Assembly: GCA_030141605.1 (NCBI GenBank)
Contig: JAQGDQ010000153.1
Span: 248,001-312,000 of the forward strand
From: Tubiluchus corallicola
Taxonomy: Eukaryota > Animalia > Priapulida
Reading direction: 5' to 3'
DNA length: 64,000 nt
Shown in pieces: positions 54,801 through 64,000 of the stretch. The notes beneath the pieces are model-generated. The model was not told where the DNA came from and ran no database searches. It saw only the letters and a list, made by a program, of their open reading frames with translations. Within the stretch, counting starts at the first letter, position 1; each line of letters opens with the position of its first letter. Both the position numbers and the translations under genes were made by a program.

Positions 54801-55118
54801 GAAAAGAATCGCTACGGCATCATATCAATTATTTTAGACTTCAGGTAAGGTGTATAAAGATAGTACTGAAGATAAACCATCATTCGAGTTGTGTCGTGCA
54901 GAATGTGCAGAAAAGAATGCATGGCGAAATTTTGTAATTTGAACTTTGTGAGCATTAAAGGAGCTTTCATAATCGTTCATCAACGGGAATTTGTGAAATT
55001 ACACTTAGTTCACTTTAGTATTTTTCAGTTTCCATATGTATGCCATTGTACTCTTGTGTGCCAATCTTAGATGAAATAGTTTCAAACCAAATCCATCTGA
55101 ATCTGCATCATACTTTAC
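51814..55118 (+). mobile_element. Decayed Ty3/Gypsy LTR retrotransposon (Mag-like gag) with two short diverged LTRs
   Basis: LTR match 51880-51923 vs 55042-55085 (38/44). PBS-like TGGCAGCGGT (tRNA-Leu type) at ~51959. gag GNVSENWKRWKQRFELY; protease FKIDTG (52774); RT GIIEEVTEP..KDGQIRICADY; RNase H DHKPLIPI (53578) and RLMRYSYEV; integrase-end DDPYLTILLYRNTP (54106). Domain order PR-RT-RH-IN. Confidence 0.85.
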
Positions 55119-55859
55119 CCTTAAGTTGCGGTCGTTGGGCAACCACACAGTTCACACATCTCTAAGGCCGGCACTAGTGCAATTTACATAATTTTATGAA
55201 TTAGTTTCAATGAACAGTGAACACTATATACTTTATGCCTACTAATTAAATCTGATTGCTACTCAGTTGTGTCCATTTAACGAAGAAATATCGTAATTCA
55301 GGCATAATTAAATATATTTTTGATTTAAAGACGCATAAATTTAATAGCTACCACTGAAAATTCAATTATCGTATTCCAATTTCAGGAAACTGCGCATTGC
55401 TCAATTGTGGACAAATTATTCTAGTAATAACTTTACACATCATTAATTTCACGAGCAAACTGTTGCAGCAATTCAAAATCATTTTTCATTATGAAGTTCT
55501 GTTATTTTCATCACCTAAGTCTAACTCGAGAAAATAATTTTTATCTTTTTTTTAATAAATCAATTCTTTGTAAGCAATTCATTGCGATAGCAGTTGCAGT
55601 TTTCGAAGAATTTTAGAGGTGGGAGAACAATTGAGTGTTCACGACACGACCGAGGTTAAGTAATGAAGAAGCTAATTAATTATTATAATCTTAATATGAG
55701 CATCATCAATGCTCAAGCTGATGAATGGTTTGCGACCGCCTAGGTTCAATAGACGCTCTCTCAGTTTCGTTCGCCTGGTTATTGCATCGAGGATAAGGTA
55801 AGATAAAAATTTATTTAAAGACGATCATTTACATAGATAACATGAGCTGTTAGCTCTTT

Positions 55860-56580
55860 ATCGACTATAAGGGGTAAGGATGTATTCACATCAGTGACTT
55901 AGGTGTGCCTGTATCCAATGATTTAAAGCGAAGAGACCATTGTATTGGAATTTGTACAAAACATAATAGAGGTAATAACATTATTGTCTGCATTTTAGTA
56001 CATGTAACAATTAGGCACTCCATACAGCCTATAAAGTTTATAAGCTAATCTTAGGGTGTTGTTCGCCGGTATGGAACCAGAGTCAATGCGGTGACATTGA
56101 CACAGTTGAAAAGGTCCAGCGGTATTTTACCCGCAGACTTTTACATATGCAATGTAAATCATGTCAGCTATCTGCAATGACTAAATATTTTAGGACTCTG
56201 GAAAGGCGCCGCCTTGAAGCAGATTTAGTCATGTACTACAAAATTGTTTATAAAGAGCTGTATCTAGATTTCGACAAATTTTTTACTAAAGCAATTGTCA
56301 ACAAAACAAAAAGTAACCATTCGCTCAAACTCGTTGTTAGACGTACTGAGAAAAAAAGCTTTTGGCGACTTCTTACCCGCACAAGTAAATGGATTTCCGC
56401 TTGTAAAACCTTTTAAAACTAGATTAGATGCTGTGGACTTTGCTTTTTAATAGGCGCTTATCAGTAGGTAATTTTGCCTCTGAGCGTCTCCCCCACATCA
56501 TTGTTTGATGATTTTTTATGTAAACATTTGTTTTATATAAACGTTTGCTTTTATTTTTTGTGTGTGACGTGAAATATATT
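55860..56580 (+). mobile_element. CR1/L2-group LINE 3' fragment
   Basis: DLGV..SNDLK (55896), CSPVWN..EKVQRYFTRRL (56108-56140), TLERRRLEADLVMYYKIV. Followed directly by a pentamer tail. Confidence 0.8.
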
Positions 56581-56898
56581 AAATTAGATTAGATTAGATT
56601 AGATTAGATTAGATTAGATTAGACTAGATTAGACTAGACTAGGCTAGACTAGACTAGACTAGACTAGACTAGACTAGACTAGACTAGACTAGACTAGACT
56701 AGGCTAGGCTAGGCTAGGCTAGGCTAGACTAGACTAGACTAGACTAGACTAGACTAGACTAGACTAGACTAGACTAGACTAGACTAGACTAGACTAGACT
56801 AGACTAGACTAGACTAGACTAGACTAGACTAGACTAGACTAGACTAGACTAGACTAGACTAAACTAAACTAAATTAAATTAAATTAAATTAAATTAAA
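56581..56898. repeat. Compound pentamer array (ATTAG)(ACTAG)(GCTAG)(ACTAG)(ACTAA)(ATTAA)
   Basis: Directly visible. Abuts the 3' end of the LINE. Confidence 0.95.
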
Positions 56899-59017
56899 CA
56901 TTCATATTCATTTCGTCTCAGGGTGTCTTTGACATTTTATGTAGTTTGCGTGATCTAGCATGGCTGTTGCGGACAGCTCGTTAACAGATAGTCTTAATGT
57001 TTGACAATTCATGTACCGGATAGTTTCTCGGTCTTACAGCATTTGGTTTTGTCTCTTTATTACCCCAGCATTATCAGTCTGGTGGAGCATCCGAAAAAAG
57101 ACCGAACTAATATAAAGTAATGATATTCCAGCAGCCCCTAGATCGCCAGATGTCGCTCGAGAAGTGTTCACGGCACTCCCGAACAATTCTGTTCATTAAT
57201 TTATTTGACAATGTAGGAAGAACCACATTAGCCAGTTTAAAAAATGACGCTTAAGCCAATCTAAACCTAATCTACTATTTCGTACACAGGGAAAAAAATC
57301 TACGAGCCAGAAAAACTAGTATAAGGAAACAGCAGCCAATCTATCTACCAAACAGAATTTTAACTTAGAAAAATAGAAATGATGTAAATAAATAGAGTTC
57401 AGTGAATTGCTAGAGCTCAATAGGAGTTAGGCCTGTTATAAACTTAGGGGTGCAATACATGTCAAAGCCATCTTACTGTCATTGAGTTTGGAGCATTGGA
57501 TATGTCAGGGGAAGTCAGGGATATGAGCAAATCAGATTTATGGGTAGGATGTGCAAAATGGGTACTATTGATCGTTGTACCCTGCCATTCATTTAGAACG
57601 GTAACAAATAGGTAACGGATTATGTTGTTCATGTGATTTACTATGCCGTTTATATGGATTATTATTTATGTGGTGCCACATGGCATACGTGTCATTCATT
57701 TGATTTACTACACCGAAGATCGTTCAAAGCCAAACGATCCAAAGTCGTACGACCCACAAGGTGTGTCACAAATTGACAAAGCATATTAAAAGAGCGATAA
57801 AGATGCTTTTCAAATGACACGGAGATTTTCCTAGTTTGACCCTCCAGGATTTTGCTTTAATGTTTCCCATGCTTTATATTTTTGGCCGTTTAAAGCAAAA
57901 ACGTCATACTGACTAGAAAAGCAAATTTAAGCGGAAACGCCGATAGAAGTTCAACTTCACAGTGATTTCCCTCTGATTGTTATCAGGCTTGATGAAATCA
58001 GATTGGCACTGTTCAGATACTCAGCTAGACTGATGGTCCTCGACAAGAAAAGTGACAGAATAAAAGGCTGTACGCCAGTGACGCAAGGCAAATGAGGTAA
58101 AGCCAATGAAATCTAGTGAAGGAAGGGTTAATATAGACACTATATATTTGTAATAATATATAACAAAGTCTTTGATCTTTGAGATTGTCATGACCTTACA
58201 AGCATGCGTCCAAACACATGGTTTGTCCGAGGTAGATAAGCGTTATTTGAGCCGATTTGACCTCGACTTCTATCTTAAAGGTTGGCATTATCTGACTAGA
58301 TTGCTCCAGAAGTGAGGGCATCGGCGAATCTTTTATCTTGGTGAGTCATAGTCTCTGTGTGAGATGTACTCCTGCATTGCCCGTGTTATATCATCATCAA
58401 GCTGCACTATTTTTGCTTCATGATGTCCCAGAGGAAATTAGTTCGGAACGCTACACTAACCCCAATTTACGATACTAAAGTGTAGTTCATACTCGCATTT
58501 GCATTTAGTCGGTTGCTGTAGATGGTCCTAATGATGCTGCGTGTGAATTATTTAATGGACCGAAAGCTCAAAACAAGCGGAAATAATTTCATTAGAACCT
58601 GTACTTAAGCAAACTTTTCAGCTTGAGTAAACGCTCTCATTATTGGATTTACTTTGTTATTATTAGTATCTTAACACTAAAGCGGATTACTTTGACAGTG
58701 ACACGTAATCCTAATAAATTATGAAACTGTGAAATTACTAATTCTGTTTATTCAAACTGGTTTATAATAATGCTAGCTTCAGATATACCTTAGCAGTTTT
58801 TTAGCAAATTTTGTGTTTAATATGATCAGATTTATCTTTAAAGTGGCAGGACCATTCAAATTCAGTAAAGCCAGTAAATTTAGATAAAATACCAATTTAT
58901 TGAGTTTGGTTAATCGTCTCTTACAAACTGAGTAGAAATTGCTGTGTTTAAGACTTTAACTTACTACACTGCAGTCCTAAATCTTTTACACAACGCATTG
59001 CTCTACCTTTTGGCAAC

Positions 59018-61341
59018 GAATGTAGGTAAAATGGCACGGCAAAAATGGCACAGGGAAAATGGCACAAGGGGAAAAGTAGGTAGAAATAGCACAGGAAAAA
59101 ATGGCACAGGAAAAATGACACACTTAGTAAAATGGTTCGCTGTGGTGGATAATTATTTTAGTTACTTTTATCTTTTGCCAAGGAACTTATACTTCAGCAC
59201 AGTTTGTTTGGGTGCCCTGTCTGCTATGGCAGTAAGCCTTTTACGCGAAAACTATCTAACATATTTCCAAGAAACTTTATGAAGAAAGGCGGATGCAGGA
59301 TGTCAAATTGGGAATCTTTTTGTCAGTTCTTTTTTCGCAAAATCTGACCCGAAAAAACATTCGCGAAGCACTTCGAGAAGGTCTCAGAGAGAGTGTTTAG
59401 TACTTCTTTTTCTTATCTCCACTTGGACAAACAACCACAAATTAGTTCCAGTTCCATTTCGAGAAATTCTCGTTTGTAAAACTGTGTATCGGTATATATA
59501 ATCTTTACTTATTAATGTGAATAGCCTTATAAGATTACTTGGTACGTATATATTTGTCAGTCTACGACCATTGCCAAAATTAATGGTTAAAAAGGATGAT
59601 AAACATTATGCGAAACATTCGTGCATTATTGATTATAAATCTATTTTTTCATTTTGATTTATTATTTTATTTCAAACTTTACAAAGTTCATAAACACATC
59701 ACAAATTAATACAAATAATACAATAAATCATGACACACAACAATAACACAAATAACAATTAACGATATAACAAACTACGCCAATGATGTCTAATTACAGA
59801 AGAAAAGTTTACATCACTGTTTAAAATGCTCTTGCATATAAAATTTTCACTCTTATTCAGCCTCACGTGTAAACTGTATGCACATTTTCTGTGAATCACA
59901 TCAAAATAAATAAGATTGTCTAGTAGAAATATACGTGGCGCTCGTATCATATGAAAAGTTAAACAGCTTCCGTGTTGATACATTATATGCAACCTTGAGT
60001 TTGCTAAAATTATAAGAATAAAAATGTCTCCAAGTGGACATACAATAAAAAGTAGTGCAGTAAGCAGTAAAATATTGTCTCTTCACGTTAACTGAACAGT
60101 GAGTAAATTTCATGAGTAATTTATTTGCTCTACCATAGTAAATTGAACATTGTCGTAATATATCTAAATCATCTCTATTGTCTTCCGATAAAATATGACC
60201 CAGATATTTTTCTTTTTTACTAAGTAAAAAACTTTTACACTGCAAAACAACAGACCCAAAAGTAAACTGCTGCATGTGGGCAGAGCGAAACATGACAAGT
60301 TTAGTCTTATTCACATTTACAAGGATATCATATTCTTTAGCAAATTTGTTAAAAATATCTAGCAATCTCTGCAAAGCCGTCGAGGTTGTTGCTAAAAGAC
60401 ATATGTCATCAGCGTACATCAAGTGAGTGATTAATGCAGGCTTCAGCAATATGACAACCCACACCAGAGCTAGTAAGTGCACCATGAGATTTTTAAAATA
60501 GAAGTTGAATAACAGTGGAGACATTTTTCCACCTTGACGAATTCCGTTACCTACTGCAAAACTATCAGAGTTAAATTTACCCCATTTAACCAACATGGTT
60601 CCGTATAATAAAAAAGCAAAAGTCTAATTAATTCATTTGGTAGGTTAGTATTGATAAGGTTTAGAAACAGTTTGATGCGTCAATAAACAGAATATATACA
60701 ATGTTTTGTCGACTAATGTAATAGTCAAGCACCTCTTTTAAAGTATGGGCGCGTTAAGACCTTTATTGTCAACTGAATTTAACAAATTTTTATAATGATT
60801 ACCCCACATTGCACAAATGTCCTTTTCCCCATTTGACTCACCAGCTTGTGCAGAAAGAGGAAGTTTTGAATTGGTTTCTTTTTCTATAGATGTCCAAAAT
60901 TCATAAGGGTTACAATGCATAAGTTTACAAGCCAAATTGTCAGCAATAATACGTTTCACATTACGTTTGTACTCACGTAATGCGCGTTTAAACAATGCTC
61001 GAGAGCGGCACATTTCATCAGCTAAGTAGCCAATGTCTAATGAACAAATATTTTGTGAGTCTACTGCTAGTCTATATAGTACCAATATAAGTACACTTTT
61101 GTTTGTTTGTTTGTTTATCTTTGTGTTAAATTTTTTTAATCAAAAGAATCAGACGAATAAGTTTAGGATTGTTAGGCTTTGTAAGAGATCTGCTTCCTAC
61201 TGAGCTCACTCTAAGTTTTATTATAGAAATCAATTGCATCAAAATAATATATGTGGCATTTTTTTCTACTTTTCAATTTGTGCCATTTTTTCTTGTGCCG
61301 TTTTACCGAGCCATTTTTCCTGTGCCATTTTTCCGCGCACC
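59018..61341. mobile_element. MULE/Mutator-like non-autonomous element (2,324 bp) containing a LINE fragment
   Basis: Inverted terminal arrays of GG(A)AAAATGGCAC(A) (59025-59120) and TGTGCCATTTTT(CC) (61255-61335). 9-bp TSD TTTGGCAAC (59009-59017) / TCTGGCAAC (61342-61350), 8/9 match. Confidence 0.75.
59645..61090 (-). pseudogene. Non-LTR retrotransposon reverse transcriptase fragment (5'-truncated, internally deleted)
   Basis: NGIRQGGKMSPLLFNFY, HLMYADDICLLA, KYLGHIL (ORF 59901-60596); upstream ORF2 segment RALFKRALR..EFWTSI..MWGNHYKNLLNSV (60738-61085); AATAAA-rich 3' end near 59650-59675. Clade not resolved. Confidence 0.9.
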
Positions 61342-64000
61342 TCTGGCAACAGTTCCGTTGCTGTCAGCGTTACTAGCAACGTTTTTGCAATGCGTCACTG
61401 GAATTATTAGACTTAGCACAAATAGACATCAAAATTTAGTGTAACAAGCAGTTTAGTGAAAATTTTGATAAAAGATAATTAGCGAACTTTCATTTTGGAC
61501 TTCACTCTATTTTAATTACTATTCGAGCGGTAGTGGCTTCCCGCCTTTTCCTTGTAGTAAAAATAAAAATTCAATGATTCATATTAATCAATTTCTGCGC
61601 GCCTTTCCAGGCTTAGCACTTAATTTGTTCCCAGTGTGATAAATGAAGTTATCATGGATTCGAAGCGTTTGTGTTTGGTGGTTGTGTAGTACACTCTTAA
61701 GCTGTTAAATGAACGCGACTTTGACAATGCCATTTGCCATATGTTTAATAAAAGGTACCTACTGTGCCTTATTGGTGACATTTTAAGTCCATTCACGCAA
61801 TTCAGTTGCTATGAAAGATCTTGCTCAATGCACTTGTACATTAAAGTTGTACGTTCTGGCCATGAAACAAAGTAGCAAAAATTGTGTAAAGGAATTAGGT
61901 AATCGCTTTGTCAAGTTGTAGCGATTAGTTGAATTGATTAATTTGTAGAATCTTGATCACATTTCTAATGTGGAAGTACTAAAATGTGCAGACAATATTT
62001 TAAATGTTGAAGCTCTACATTATCTAATAAGCACTTATTTTTGATGGTCGCGTTGTGTGAATGACTGATAATAGAACTGCTAAGCTGTTGTCTATGGCCA
62101 AGTATCAACAAAAGCACGGGGAGTAAAAGTTATGTTCAGGGATGCATTTAAAATCCATGCTAAAGCAGCTGATTTAGACGATTAGCAGTAGGAAAATCAA
62201 AGCAATGGACAGAGAATTGAAGAAAGAATTGCTAATGGCTGTGCTATCAACGTTGAAGCTCGTCGCACATCACACTGTCAATACACATACCAATCATCCA
62301 CTGTCACCCAATTTCACAGATTTCGTGTGTAATACCTACGGTCGCTGTTTTAGAAGACATTTAAGACTTTATTCTCGTAGAAGATAGAAACGTCTATGAG
62401 ATTTTAGAGCGCTCAGAACGTCTTCATTGCATCAATGGACGCCTATATAAGTATAGAAGGGCTTGCATTTATTTCAACCAATTAGCGTCGATGCACCTTA
62501 GTTAGAAAATGTTGCCCTACACAAAGCGCTACGCAAAGCAGTAAAACGTTGATAATTGACATGTAACGTGATTACCAACAAATCATCCTAATTGCTTTTC
62601 ATGTTTTCGAGCTTGGTTGTTATTTTCTAGAGCACTCAAGCGATGAAAAGCACGACCTCTCTGCACTCAGCTTTATAATGGCATTAATGAACGTTCAGCG
62701 TCTAATTTCACCTGCTTAATAAGCTAATTAGGATAGGCAAGAAAATATATCGGCTCTCACTGTATAAATGTGCACCTGTGGCACATGAAAAGACACAGTA
62801 AGGTTCAGATAAAAAAGTATAATTTCAAAGCATTGGTTTAGCGTTCCAAGATGCAATGTTAATGTCATAAGTATCAGAGTAACTGTTGGGCTGGAGGTCT
62901 CTTGTAACTTTGCTCTTTTCGATTTCTGTAAGCTGAGCTCAAGTTTTTGAGCTAGCGACATCCCATTAATGTTATTTTCTGCGATATGGGTATTACAAGG
63001 AATCCATATTTAAGACATTAGCGAACTGTCACTTGAAAATTTGCTAGTTCGTGCTTTTCACGTTAAAGGTTTAAGTCACGCGATTTATTGCCACTGATGT
63101 CACTTATCACTCGTTGGCAGACGTTGGCTTGTGATACGCTGCGTAGATTAATAATTAAAGCAAACTGTTTCCAAGGATGTATGAACGATGAAAACACTTG
63201 TGCTTATTACTTCTGCTAACCTTGACAGGGCAGGAGGCATTATCTGGATCAAGGGATGTCAAAGTGGCTGTGTAAATATGAAAAGTACTTATTACAATAG
63301 ACGTGACACTAGAGTAGGAGAGGACGGGACGGGCGTGGGACATAACGGGACAGAAGAGGAGCGGATCAAATGCAGTGCACAGGGGATATTTAGAAGGGCA
63401 GTATGGTATGGCTAACTTAAGGCAATACATAACAAATCAAGACGATAAATGAAAATTCGCAACTGATCGAAGTCCGCTTTCAGTTGATTATAAAAGAGGT
63501 GTCCTAAAAGGAAGGCTTCATTTTGTCGTTTCAGGTCTAACGGAAAGAGAAGTGATAATTCTGGCTTCTGTTCTTGGTGCGTGCGGCGTATTAGTGCTTT
63601 GTATTTCAACGGCATTGTGCATGTAAGTAATACTTGGTTTAAACAAAAGTACTGGGTTAACTAATAGTGTCATAGCAATGTAAGTAGCAAATTAATGGGT
63701 ATTGATATATTGATTTTTAGAGGCTTTGAAAACATAATTATTTAAATTAAAAGTGTCTTCAAATTTTTAAATATCGAATTTTGAATAAGCCCAGGAAACT
63801 GTTTGAGCCAAAATGGAGATAATATCATTTTATTGTTGTTAATTTGTGCCGCATAGATTGTTTTTCTGATTGAATTTCTATCCTTTAATCAGCTTCTGTA
63901 TACGCCGGAAATTACATGACAGAAGGAGAGCCGGATATGACGTAGTGAGAAAGCAGTCTAATGGGACACAAAGAACTTCTTTAGGACCGACTCTGGTAAA

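Overview
AT-rich genomic DNA from an animal, most likely a bilaterian invertebrate (inferred from gene content, TE types and an animal tRNA-iMet-type primer-binding site). There is one host gene: a two-exon Lbx/ladybird (NK-class) homeobox gene on the + strand. Exon 1 CDS is 9273-9651 and exon 2 CDS is 29157-29767, joined by a phase-1 GT-AG intron of 19,505 bp, giving about 329 aa. The rest is non-coding: candidate cis-regulatory patches, many long compound microsatellites, degenerate minisatellites and decayed transposons (BEL/Pao and Gypsy LTR elements, several LINE 3' fragments, hAT-, MULE- and Harbinger-like non-autonomous elements). Most notable observations: (1) two DNA-transposon shells with TIRs and target-site duplications whose interior is retroelement sequence (hAT-like around a BEL/Pao 5' half; MULE-like around a LINE RT fragment); (2) a ~550-bp hexamer array abutting the Lbx 3' splice site that switches to AG-free units over the last 264 nt; (3) a tRNA-T-arm fold-back element; (4) an isolated antisense IITWFQNR homeobox-like octapeptide upstream of Lbx. 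No rRNA, intact tRNA or CRISPR array was seen. Most ORF-track entries are microsatellite or random ORFs. TE clade assignments are from recalled motifs, not database searches.
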